A stretch of DNA of 64,000 bases, taken from assembly GCF_006345805.1 (NCBI RefSeq), contig NC_042997.1, positions 151,528,001-151,592,000 of the forward strand, written 5' to 3'. A program made the position numbers and the translations under genes. Source of the stretch: Octopus sinensis (taxonomy: Eukaryota). Position 1 is the first letter of the stretch, and each line of letters starts with the position of its first letter. The notes below the pieces were generated by a model. It did not search any database. It had not been told where the DNA came from and saw nothing but the letters and a program-made list of their open reading frames with translations. Positions 28,222-40,829 of the stretch are shown here, piece by piece.

Positions 28222-29500
28222 ATATATAATATATATATATATACATGTTGTTCTGTCCTACTAGATTATTTTATTTTATTTCTTTATTATTTTATAATTA
28301 GCCTTTATTTATTTGTAAAATTAATCTAATTTTTGTACCTCTATAAATTCATACTTAGCTTATATAAAACTATACTGGTATATTCACTACTTATAAAAAA
28401 ATACTGCTTAGATTATTATTTTATTAATTTATAATTAGCACGCTCCTTTACCTCAATATTCCTTTATTAATACCAGTATATTCCAATTAATCAATATTCA
28501 CAGATACCATCTGATGAGTTAGTATTTAAGTGTACAAGATGTATAATTATTAAACTATTTCTGGATAATTTCTTTCCCTCCTCTATTGTGGTAAAAGTTG
28601 GGTATATACTCAAAAGTATTCATAAATTTCTATCCTTTTGTTATAATATTATTCTTAATAAGCCTTTGAATAACCCTAAACTTTAACTGTATACAATATA
28701 GCAACATTGTTTAAAATATTTAACTATAGTACTACATGATAAGACTTCCCCTGTTTCATTATCAATGGTTTGCTAGTGGGCGACCCCCTTAATTATCAGC
28801 TAACGCCTTGTTTGAAGTTTTCCTTTACCAAACCTCATGATTTTGCTTCTAATAAATCTTGATTTTTATGACTATACCAACTATAATGTTTGTCTGCTCC
28901 CTCAACCCTACTCCTAACAGATACTGCCCTCTGTTCTCCTCGCCTTAGATATACAAGGGATTTTATAAACTAATCTATAAATTAAAACCGAACCCATAAA
29001 AACAAACAATCAGTGACAGGCAGAGTCTGTTACAATGTATATCTACGTAGCATATATTAATTTATTATTTCTCATCGAGTTGTTTTCTATAGTTAGTGCA
29101 CAGAAAAGTTCTCCTTACATCTACGACATTATTATTCTACCAAATGACAGCATATGTGTGTGTGGTGTGTATGTGTGTGTACACATATACAGACTCGCAT
29201 TCACTAATACATCTTTATGTGCGTAATAAAAAAAATATTTATTTTGTAATTCGAGATTAAATATCATCAAAAGAAGACATAAGCTAAGACAAAAAAATAA
29301 TTTCCTTTCTTCTAGTTTGTTTCGTACTTCCATTAAGCAGTACTACTACAATGACCTGCACCAGCATTTGAGAAAGATATACATCAACATTTGACAAGAG
29401 TTTGTACGGTATGTTGGCGATGGAACTTTGATATCTCTATTATAACCTTGAATTTTACTGGGATTATCTGATAGGATATAATGTCAAGTGAAATTTTATG

Positions 29501-29558
<58 letters not shown>

Positions 29559-29608
29559 TACATATACATACATCTATATATATATACATATACATACATA
29601 CATATATA

Positions 29609-29689
<81 letters not shown>

Positions 29690-29854
29690 GTGTAATCAGA
29701 GTCAGCGGTTAAAATAACCGACTAAGGGATTAAATATCTGTATGTACTATCGGTAACCGTTACCCGTGTTATCCCGGGAATTTGTGTGCTGGCACACTAT
29801 GCACGTAGAGTGCAGGTAACAAGAGGATAAACAAGAGTTTATCAGGAAACAAAT

Positions 29855-30262
29855 ACAAATAATCAGAAAATTGAGAAAACCTCAGATTAGCAAACACATC
29901 GATTGGCCCATATTTATAGCTTCTTTTTTAATACAAAGCATGACATAACAAATAGGTGACGTAAACAATCTTACGGCCGTTTCCGCTTCCGTTGTCAAAC
30001 AATGTGTATAAAAGTAATTGCGAAAATAACATTCCTCATAGGACATACGAATCAAGCCCTTAATTCGAATGTCTTATGAAGATGAATAATTTTATTTTCG
30101 CAAATATTTATAAATAGTGTTTGGCAACGGATGCAGAAACGGCCGTAAGCTTTGTTACGTCACCTATTTATTATGCCATGCTTTGTATTAAAAATGAAGC
30201 TATAAATATGGTCCAATCGATGTGTTTATTAATCTGAGGTTTTCTCTATTTTCTGATTATTT

Positions 30263-30264
<2 letters not shown>
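29855..30264. repeat. ~200-bp-arm fold-back palindrome (PLE-derived or MITE-like)
   Basis: 29855-30052 is an imperfect reverse complement of 30063-30264, with the 10-nt loop caagccctta. Confidence 0.85.
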
Positions 30265-30313
<49 letters not shown>

Positions 30314-30344
30314 ATATATATATATTGTATACGTATATAAAAAA

Positions 30345-30830
30345 TGTAGTTAGTTTGTTCATTGTTTTGTCTTCGTGTAAAAGATGGGCTGCAGCAAATA
30401 TTCTGCTCTCAATACCACAGATTGCTTTGTCACTTGCTTGGCCTTCACCAGTTGAGCATGTCCCTTAGTGGCTGACAATATATGCATCTCTGATCAAAAG
30501 CAGAATTAGTGGGTGAGCATCAAAGCCATGTGTAGAGAGGAATTCTTTGGGGCTTGAATTATTCAAATTTGGAAATATGGGTGTTTTGTTCATCATCCTT
30601 AAACAAACCTTATTCAGGGTCTTTTAGAGCGGAATGGGTTACTTAACCTGAAGAGAATGCTTACTGGCTTCCACCTGCAAGGGTATGTGCTGTTTATATT
30701 GATATGAAATCTCCAGGTCGCGCACGTATAGTTGTGATGCAAGTGCCTGGTGTACCCTTAATGGACGAGTAGTCATGACAGGTATACTGGACTTCCTATA
30801 TTTGTAACCCAGTGTCACTTTGATACTACC
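30345..30830. mobile_element. probable interspersed repeat of unassigned class
   Basis: A ~480-bp non-coding, relatively GC-richer block between (TA)n and (TAC)n/(TAA)n arrays. It resembles sequence I recall as repetitive in octopus DNA, but no second copy is in this window. Confidence 0.4.
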
Positions 30831-30835
30831 TCTAC

Positions 30836-30839
30836 AACA

Positions 30840-30881
<42 letters not shown>

Positions 30882-30903
30882 GCTACTACTACTACTACTA
30901 CTG

Positions 30904-30937
<34 letters not shown>

Positions 30938-31113
30938 TACCATTACTACTGCTACTACTACTACTTCTACTACTATTACTACTGCTACTACTACTACTAC
31001 TACTGCTGCTGCTGCTACTACTACTACTACTACTACTTCTACTACTAATGATAATAACAACAGTAATAGTAATAATAATAACAACAACAACAATAATAAT
31101 AATAATAATAATA

Positions 31114-31166
<53 letters not shown>

Positions 31167-31220
31167 TAATAATAAATAATAATAATAATAATAATGAGAA
31201 GAAGAAGACGAAGAAGAAGA
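30836..31220. repeat. (TAC)n/(TAA)n/(GAA)n compound microsatellite
   Basis: Visible directly. Confidence 0.95.
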
Positions 31221-31404
31221 AGAATCCTTTTTACTATGGTCTCATAGCATGAAATTTTCGGGGAAAGAGCTGGACGATTACATCGGCTATGGCACTCATT
31301 TACCAACCGCAAACAAGGGAAACCAAAATCTCTAAGCATTTTGTCTCCTATGCTGACGACTCTGCCAGCTCGCTGTCTTCTTGTTTCAAAGTTTGACACT
31401 CTAC

Positions 31405-31590
31405 GTTCTTGAACGACTACGAAGGATGAAAATGAAATTGACCTAGCTGGGATTTGAACTTGACAGAAGATGGCATGTCTTAAAGGCATTTCATTCGCCT
31501 TTCAGGTTTGATTTCAAATTTCATCGAGCTCAGCTTTGCCTTTCATCCTTTCAGGGTCGGTAAAATAAGAACCAGCTGAGTACTGTGGCC
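31405..31590. mobile_element. two oppositely oriented Nin/Deu-domain SINE fragments
   Basis: gaaggatgaaaatgaaattgacc...gatttgaact (minus-type, ~31425-31460) is followed by ttcaaatttc...ctttgcctttcatcctttcagggtcggtaaaataagaaccag (plus-type, ~31512-31576). Confidence 0.7.
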
Positions 31591-31649
31591 GTTATAATCA
31601 AATTATCGCCTCTCACAAAGTTGCGGGCCTTATGCCAAAGATTTCAACG

Positions 31650-31842
31650 TGCTATTATTATCACTTTTATTATTATTTTTATTATTACTATTATTATTAT
31701 TATTATTATTGTTATTATTATTATTATTATTATTGTTATTATTATTATTATAATTAGTAGTAGTAGTAGTAGTGGTAGTGGTGGTGGTGGTAGTATTAGA
31801 AGTGGTGCTGGTGGTGGTAGTTGTGGTAGTAATAGTAGTAGT

Positions 31843-31921
<79 letters not shown>
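31650..31921. repeat. (TTA)n/(GTA)n/(GCA)n compound microsatellite
   Basis: Visible directly. Confidence 0.95.
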
Positions 31922-32710
31922 AAAATTATTTGATAAAAAGTAAACACTGCAAATATGTGATTTCGTTCGGAAGAGAAAAGAAGGAAAAAAAATCGTTTTT
32001 TTTTAACTGATTGAGAAATGTTTCTATGATACAGAGATATGTGTATATTTTCGTTTTTGCCACTTAACTTCTAACAAATTGGAAAACAGAAAGAACCCAC
32101 ATATCAGTCCAATAAAAATCCTCCAAAATGCCGAAATGGATTCTGAGACATGTTATCAAGAAAAAGAAATACAGGAATCTTTTGTAAAATATTGAAGTAG
32201 ACATTTTTTTAATTTTATTTATTTATTTTAGATTCGTTTGTTTGTTTGTTTGTTTGTTTGCTTATTGATTTCATTATCTTGAATATTTTCCTCTGAATTC
32301 TTCATTCTTATAACAGAAATCATTGTGGAAGCTTTTTACCTAATTGAGCTGGAAGATGCTGTACACAAACACTCACACTTACATGCACACAGAGACATAC
32401 GGGCACATAAACACAAGCACGCCCAACACACACACGCACACATGCATATAAATGTTTACACATACATACTAACGACACGCTATCGCACAATCACAATCAC
32501 ATGGTGCGCATCTGCTCAATGCATAAATGTTACATATTTATGTATGAGGTTTGGTATCACAAACATACACATATATTTATTATATATATAAAGTATATAC
32601 AAATCCCACACACTCTTGTTCACGCATATACATATACTATTTATTTGTATAAACTACATACGCTTCATATATACACACATACATATATATATATATATAC
32701 ATACATACAC

Positions 32711-32742
<32 letters not shown>

Positions 32743-32755
32743 TATAATATATATA

Positions 32756-32797
<42 letters not shown>

Positions 32798-33302
32798 TTT
32801 GTGCTCAAACAGATATGCACATGTATGTATATGTGGAAACGGATGTATATTTGATGGCGTGTGTCTATGGCTGACAATATACATGTAAACAGAGATTTCC
32901 ACAAAATTTTATGGCTTACATTTGCTAAAAAAAGAGAAACAAATATGCACTTCAAGAATATACACTGCTTGTTTAAAAATAGATAACTTCTATGCCAAAT
33001 GATTTCTAGTGATTAACGAGAGAATGGTAAATTGGACTGCCTCAATGTTTACGTTTTATTTTATTTTTCGAAGGTTAAATGCATTACCCATGTAATCACA
33101 ATGTGTATTTAGTTTGTTAAAAGTACAAAATACTGTCAGATTGGTGCTACACCTCAGATGTTTATGTTCTGTCTGATGGTTTTAGAAATTTAGTAAACGC
33201 TATTTCTCACCTGCTCTTTCTCATTTTGTTTCCCTATATATTTATATAGGGATATACATACATACGTGCATATATACGTATATACATACATACACACACA
33301 AG

Positions 33303-33334
<32 letters not shown>

Positions 33335-36239
33335 AGCAAAAATGTTACAAAATTAGCAAAATCAATCACTCTGTGTTCGTTTGAAAGCAGATGCGAGCTG
33401 CTGCCATCTCTTGCAGACGAGGTCTCCAGTAACGAAGAGAGTCATAAATGGCCCGAAATCAGGGGTTCGCAGCCCGGCTTGTAATTTGCACCTCTACATC
33501 CGACAAATTAGTTAAAGTAGGGTACTAAAGACCATTTCTGGGGGTTCATTGCGGGAAAAAATAATGGAATACCCCGCTATTTGGCAATCCCTCCATCTCC
33601 GTGGTAAAGAGTGTTCCATATTGAAAATGAATTACCCTGAAGAAGGGAGAATTGCTAAATTATGGGTTTTATGTCCCATTTTTTTCTCCGTAATGAACAC
33701 CAGAAATGGCCGTTGGCACCGTACTTTAACTTTAATTCCGAATTTTAACTTTGCTCCTCATCGTATCTTTTAGTTTGTCTCCGTCACAACTTCAGATTTT
33801 CTCCAATATTTTTGTGTATACACCAATGTTTTAACGTTTTTATGTCTGTATCCGGCGAGTCTTAAAAATCTATTACTCTACACATATATATTTATAATAT
33901 ATCTATTTACTTATAGAACTTTTACTCTGTGTATTTATATTTTTTAATCTATCATGTACAATTGTCCTATAAATCCATCTCTGATCGGAGTCATGTGTGC
34001 CGATTGAATTATCAGGTGTTTTGCTTCTTCACATTATATATATAATATAATATGGTATAATATAATATAATATAATATCATATGATAAATAATATAATAT
34101 TATATATATATATTTGTAAGTATATGTGTGTGTGTGTGTGTGTAGAAAACATAAAAGGAACCATGAAATTGGAGCACAAATGAATAACTTTTGCGTCCAT
34201 TTTTGAGGAAGCTGATTCTTTCTTTAACAAAAATTGTGCGTAGTAAGAAACAAACCATTGAAATGGAGAACATGTTGATGAAACAGTATTTAAGACGGAA
34301 ACAGTATGAAGAAATTGAATGAAATTGAGAAATAATGCACCATCTGTTTTGTGTCCATTCGTCATGCACTTTATTTCTGAATGGGGTATCCACTGCCCTC
34401 CACAGTAACACAAAACATTTAATGTCTTCTTTTTCTCTTTTCGTTTCTTTTGTCTGTGTTGCACTAAGTTCCACTGTCTATAATACTGGTCTCCCTTATT
34501 GCGTAAAATTGAATAACTTTAAGCATTCGTAATATTATAAAGTGAAACAAACTGCTATAAATTTCATTAAGAAAAATCATTTCAACTTCATTCTCTCTCC
34601 TTCTCACCCTCCTCGTTCTATATCTCTTTCCCCCTTTCTCCCTATCTCCTCCCATGTTTCTCACACTTTCTCTCTCTCTTTCCTATTCCGCTCTTTCTCC
34701 TTCTCACAATCTCTCTCTTTCCCGTTCTCATTCTCTCTTACCCCCTTTCTACTCACAATCTCTCTCTATCCCTCCTCCCCTCGTGTCTCTGTCTTTCTTT
34801 CTCTCCTTCTCTCTCTCTTTCCTGCCTCTCTCTCTCACTGCCTCTCTCTCTCTCTCTTACTCTCCTACTAACTGCATGACGGACTGATAAACGCTGTTGG
34901 AAAACATCTCTTCGTCGACCTAATCTATTATGAAGCACTTTAAATTTTGAAGCCACGGAACGGTCAGTTTTTCTTATGCTGTGAAAAATACAGTCCCCAA
35001 TACAATAAACAAACTTTCATCACGTTATGAACTATTTCACCAGTGTAACATCTCTGCACTTTGTTCGAAAAAAGCAAGTATACTCAGGGTTCATCAATAT
35101 GTAGATGATAATAGCACTCAGAATATGTATTTGCAGTTCCTTTTGAAAATATATACTGAAGATGTAGATAATTTCCATCTGCGAAACCTAGATAAGTCAC
35201 ATTTATATATATATTACAGACTAGAGTGTGAGCATATCTGTGAGTCGAACGTTAGACAAAAGGTTTCCTAAGGTATGAAAAAAAAAACCCGCTGATATCA
35301 GCAGAATTGCATTGACTACGATCGGAAGAGATCTTTCTAAAGACGTCGTTATATCTAGTGGAAATAGAATTAAAATAGTTCTGCAGCCAAAACCTATGAT
35401 GAATTAATAATATCAGCTTCTTCGTGGAGTCGGTGGTTATATGTTGGCATAATATAGCTCCCTGTCCCTAGCAGACGAAATGGAAAAGGCGTTATACCGG
35501 ACGATGGCGAGGGAGATGCGCTGAAACAGCTACTCTGACTCACACTTGTACCCATGTTGTTAGAAGAGAAAGTAAGTTATATACTGTAACATAGCTCTGA
35601 AGAGATGATACCTGAAATAGAAAAATGAGTAAGCAAGTGTGGAATATCCTTGATCGTAGGTGTGCATATCAACAGCTGACAACACCAACAACTATTCTAC
35701 AGGGAAACCTCAATCGTATTTGCATAAAATTAGCTTAGCATGCAAGTTTGTCTCGTGTTTTCAACGCAACGAATGCTCATGCACCTTTTAACATCATCTT
35801 CATTGTTTGCCTTGTACCAACGTTTTCCTTAATTACTTTCTTCTTTCCATTCTTGCATCAAAAGCATCATAAATAAAGTTGATATTGCAAGTTTGTTTTT
35901 GAAACGTATGTGCATTTTTAATGCCAATTTAAAATTGGAATTTGTTTTTCCTAATGAAACAATTAAAGAATTTATGTCTGCATTAATAATTCAATCGAAC
36001 GAATTTTTTTCAATTTTCTAACATGTTGCAAATAATGACATCGAATACTATATGTAGCAAGACTGAGAGACGCAAAATAAATAGGAGTGTGTTATCTATA
36101 CTGACATATATGTTCATCACCAACACGATTTCTTCAAGAGTGTATTTGAAGCAGACAGGTCAACAGTAGCACGATTTTCCTACAGCATGTATGCAATGCA
36201 TACTCTTATACGTACACAGTCATACAGCACACACGCACG

Positions 36240-36287
<48 letters not shown>

Positions 36288-36679
36288 TGTGTTGTATAAA
36301 TATATATGTGCTTACACATATATATATAAATGTAACTACAATTTTCTGTGTATAATCGGATATATACATACATGAGTGTATTTAAACAGGTGTGTCTATA
36401 TCTACATGTTTATATATGTCACTGTATATAAGTAGAAAGGAGTATAAGATATACTTCATATTTCAGATTTCCATGGATGCTTTTGGTCTCTTTTTCTTCA
36501 TCTTTCACGTTTTTGAATTTGTTTTTTACATATTTGCTTTTCAATGTCAGAATTCACTATTCCTATCGGAATATAAACTACAGATAAAAATACGAAAAAT
36601 AGTTTTAATATAATCTGCAATAGAATCGTGTTTCAATGGATCGTATTTTTTAATGAAATTCTTATCCAAATGTGTGTAC

Positions 36680-36719
<40 letters not shown>

Positions 36720-37715
36720 TTATAGGCAGGGATGTATGCACAATGGAAGCAGTATCTTTTAGAAATGTTTTCAATATGAGACTGTTCTCGTTACATGCAT
36801 TTATGGAGTTTTTTCTTTCATATTTTTAAAGAATTTATTGCTATTTGAATAAAGTTCACAAATCCATCATCAACATTTGTAGACCGTTCTGCACTCATCT
36901 TAAATTTGAAGTGATGTCGGTGTCGGTCGCTGCCTTTTTATAGGGGTCACGAACAATGCAACCTGGATCGACATTAACGTCTGAATTTGCATTTTTATTC
37001 TTGAATATATTCGTCAAAATATAGTTTTATTTTTCCTTTCCCATGTTGTCTGTATGATTACTTTTGCCTTCTGCTATTCTTTGAGTATATCTGTCATTAA
37101 TTTTGTATTTCTGTGTGGAATTCTCTAGGGTAAACACGAATTAATATGAGATCTATAAACTTCATTGGAAATATTATCATTAACTTACCTATGTTGATTA
37201 ATAGTAAAGCCACCCCCACTTTTGCATTTCATTCGTACAAAGGAAAAGAAAATAAGAGAAAATAACTGGATTTTAGGCTTTACTGAACGTTAAAGAAGAT
37301 AAAGTTCCATTTTGTAAAATTTCTCACGAGGACAGAAAAGTTTCAAAAAAATATCTAGCGGTGATTGCTGGTGGCTGTGAACGAGAATGGGATCAAATGT
37401 CAATAGATTGAAAATAAAGCTCAATGCATTTACATGATAGAAAACACTGTCTGCTTTTTATTTAGGAGGCAAGGGACAGCTATCAATCGATAAGTACTTC
37501 TCCCTCAATATGTCATCAGCATAGCATTATCTCTTTCATCTGCTAGTCACATGTAGACACTTGACATATACAAAAGCTGCGGAGAACATTTCTGGCCAAA
37601 ACCAATTTGCGTAATAAAACGAAAATGAAGTCGGTTATAATGACACATATAAGCCAGTGACAAGATAAGTAATTCGATGGCGGGTTCTATTTAAAACTTC
37701 ACTCGCTGAGAGAGG

Positions 37716-37753
<38 letters not shown>

Positions 37754-38009
37754 GGGCAGAGAGAGAGAGGAAGGGAGAGATGGTAAACAAACTCCAGCTG
37801 TGATTTTCATTCTCTTATCCAGGAAACTTTGCATATATGCATTCGTGAGGGTACACATACATGTATGTATGTAATATAATGTATGTATGTGTGATGTATG
37901 CATAAGTTTTGTATGCACACATGCATATATGCATATACGTGTGTGTGTGTGCGTGTGTTTGTGTGTCTGTATTTGCACATGCATGTTTATGTGCAATATG
38001 TACATCTGC

Positions 38010-38047
<38 letters not shown>

Positions 38048-38097
38048 ACTACATATATACATATTTATCACGTATATATGTATGTATGTATCTATGT

Positions 38098-38212
38098 ATG
38101 TATGTCATTATTCAGTTTATTTCAAGAATTCCTGCCAATAGAAAAAGAACCGGTTTCTAACCTACATCCAAGCTTCCTTCATTGGAGTTCCAACATCAGC
38201 AACAGGGTATTT
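38098..38212 (-). mobile_element. 3' tail fragment of the RLE-type element seen at 8620-8965
   Basis: tatgtcattattcagtttatttcaaga...gaaccggtttctaaccta.atc.aag.ttc.ttcattgga is shared with 8628-8725; flanked by (TATG)n on both sides. Confidence 0.8.
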
Positions 38213-38521
38213 TTGTATGTATGTATGTATGTATGTATGTATGTATGTATGTATGTATGTATGTATGTATGTATGTGTGTGTGTATGTATGTATGTATGC
38301 ATGCATGCATGTATGTATAATTATGTACAATTAGGAGATAGACAGCAATCTCTGTAGTTCCATGAACTAGTTATCTGAGATTAAGTCTCTGACCCTTTCA
38401 CCTCAATCTCGGGAGAACACCGAGGATGTTACGGATGGATGGAGAAAGAGTAACACTAACATTTGGATTCTTGACAATTTTATTTTCTTGGGTAGAAGTA
38501 AGCAATTTGTAATGAAGTGTG

Positions 38522-38618
38522 CACGGATCAAGAACACATCGAAGAACCAGACCTAGGAATAAAACCTACGACCACATGATCGTTGCTCAATACTAGAACC
38601 ACTAGGTTATGCGCCTGA
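38522..38618 (-). mobile_element. tRNA-like SINE head remnant
   Basis: Minus strand ggcgcataacctagtggtt...ggtcgtaggttttattcctagg...gtgttcttga is similar to the head of 19797-20044. Confidence 0.55.
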
Positions 38619-38629
38619 TATATATATAT

Positions 38630-38664
<35 letters not shown>

Positions 38665-38665
<1 letters not shown>

Positions 38666-38818
38666 CTCTTTTACTCTTGTACTCGTCTCAGTCATTTGAC
38701 TGCGGCCATGCTGGAGCACCGCGATTAGTCGAGGAAATCGACCCCCAGGACTTAATCTTTGTAATGCTTAGCACTTATTCTATCGGTCTCTTTTGCCGAA
38801 CTGTTAGGTTACGGGGAC
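38665..38818 (-). mobile_element. 3' tail of the tRNA/CORE-like SINE
   Basis: High similarity to the reverse complement of 45105-45250 (cagtcatttgactgcggccatgctggagcacc...gttacggggac). Confidence 0.9.
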
Positions 38819-38830
38819 AAGTGTGTGACG

Positions 38831-38938
38831 CTTACAGCACCTAGGTTTCCCAAGCTGTCACCAATTTGAGTACTCACTAGGATCGACGTTTCTTAACTTC
38901 GGTGATTAGACGAGTACCTTTGCTTTCAACGTAATATA
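38831..38938 (-). pseudogene. 5S rRNA-derived copy (pseudogene or SINE3 head)
   Basis: Minus strand acgttgaaagc...ctcgtctaatcaccgaagttaagaaacgtcg...gagtactc..attggtgacagcttgggaaacctaggtgctgtaag aligns to metazoan 5S rRNA with many substitutions. The first ~10 nt are lost. Confidence 0.85.
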
Positions 38939-38982
38939 TATATATATATATGTATGGGGGGGGGGGATCTATGTATATGTAT

Positions 38983-39213
38983 AAGGGCGGCGAGCTGGCA
39001 GAATCGTTAGCACGCCGGGGAAATGCTTAGCAGTAATTCATCTGCCGTTACCTTCTGAGTTCAAATTCCGCTGAGGTCGACTTTGCCTTTTATCCTTTCG
39101 GGTTCGATTAAATAAGTACCAGTTATGAATTGAGGTCGATGTAATCGATTTAATCCATCTGTATGTCCTTGTTTGTCCCCTCTATGTTTAGCCATCTGTG
39201 GGCAATAAAGAAA
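38983..39213 (+). mobile_element. near full-length Nin/Deu-domain tRNA-derived SINE
   Basis: ggcgagctggcagaatcgttag (A box), gagttcaaattcc (B box), then gcctttt/catcctttcgggttcgattaaataagtaccag, matching the conserved Nin/Deu SINE domain. Confidence 0.9.
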
Positions 39214-40829
39214 CAGACATGTGTGCATTTCCGCGTGTGTGTGTGTGTGTGTGTCTATTTGTACACGCTTGTTGATGTGGAATATGTCCATCTACTCTCT
39301 CTGTTCCTCTCTTTCTCCTCCTATATATATATATATATATATATCACGTTTTCTGGTTTCTTTTTTTTCTTCTTTGCGTTTGTAAAATACAATTCTGAAT
39401 ACTGGGATCAATATGAAGAGGTGACTTTGTCAGATGTCGTAGTTGATATGTATTCATTGAGTGAACAAGACTTAATCCTATCAGTCATATCTGACAACAG
39501 TTGTAATCTCCGACGACAGCTGTTTGTGACAGTTATCGAAAAATAATTCACAATCATTCATTTTATATTTTTAGGTGGTATTTCTTTTCGTCTTCAATTC
39601 TTTCTTTTCCCATTCTTTCTACCTTTTTTTTAGTTCTTAGTTTGGATTATTTTATTTTGGTACATTTCGTAGCTGTTTTTCTATTTTTTTTTATTTTCTT
39701 CTATCTCTCTCACAGTGGGATTTCTGGCTCGGCTAATGTTGATACGTTGCAATGTTGATTGACTGACTCCCGCTTATGCAAACCCTGCAGTAGAATCATT
39801 TATATGTCTCTGTGTGTATTTGAATGCCATGATACATATTTGGTCGATCATTATTGACTATTATTATTCCAATCGTTCCAGAAGAATATTGCAAAACAAT
39901 GAAATAATAAATAGAAAAAATGCCAATAATATTGATACCAATTTCTTCTTGAGAGAATCTTGCTTGCGGATAGAGCGGGGAAATTAGACAAATGTAAATC
40001 TGATATCACACTCGGCATTGGCATACTACAAAATCGCTGTTACAATACAATAATGGTTTAAACATACACAACAATTTAGAGATTAGTTATGTACTTTACG
40101 AAGCCTTAAGATGAAAAGGGGGCATTGTTCGATACAATGTAGTTGTGTTATGTGCAGCAACTAAGGCACAATATTAATATATTTGCAACAGTCATACTTT
40201 GTCGATCGTTCATAATGAAGACATATTCGATATTCTTAAGTTACCTAATTCTCCAGGATTATTGGTTTCAAAAGAAATATGTTGGGAATTTGTTATAAAT
40301 TCATATGGGCAAAGTAGAAATTGTGTAACGTTAACGCCTTTCTTAAAGGCATTAGCTATGTAATTGGGTGCATAGAAGATGATGTGGTGTGTTTAAGAAG
40401 TTGGAAACGACTCCTTGAGAGATTTGGTTCGATTCCACTTCACAGGAACATGGTCGATTGTCTTCTACGAAAGAAACCAGCTTGAGTCGATAGACTGTTA
40501 TATCAAATTGGTAGAAAAATGTGTGTCGAACAAAAAATATAGATACGTAAGTAAATCTATAAGTAGTTATCCATGCCTGTAAATATATAAAGTATGTATA
40601 TTTGCATAATGCATTCCCATTGAAGTCGTTCTCCATAGAGGTGACCTACTTGATGTAAAGCTCGACTCTCAGATGTCATACGTCTTATCGTATACACGTG
40701 TCCCACAGGACCGGATTGATGCCATTTTAATTTTATATTTCAAAAGAAAGGAATCGAAATCTATTAGAGTGAGATAAGAACGCTTGATGCTGTTGGTAAT
40801 TTTCTTTTCAAAAACATTTCGGTCTTAGC

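Larger units (their letters stand above)
27256..28331 (+). mobile_element. 5'-truncated Penelope-like element insertion with inverted and direct flanking repeats
   Basis: 27256-27371 is the reverse complement of 28055-28172. 27426-27494 is directly repeated at 28242-28331. Between them lie a GIY-YIG ORF and a hammerhead motif. An inverted truncated terminal repeat upstream is the known PLE insertion pattern. Confidence 0.85.

Noticed and set aside
28511-28517. CTGATGA core near the PLE
   Set aside because: No GAAA, helix II or GUH at suitable spacing; at best a half-deleted ribozyme.
39163-39546. 127-aa ORF with a protein-like C-terminal half (KYNSEYWDQYEEVTL...)
   Set aside because: It starts inside a SINE and crosses microsatellites; no recognisable motif or convincing splice sites.
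40446-40546. AG...GTAAGT-bounded 101-nt open segment (TWSIVFYERNQLE...)
   Set aside because: The acceptor region overlaps a degenerate SINE head (ggttcgattccac...gtcttctac); no homology recognised.
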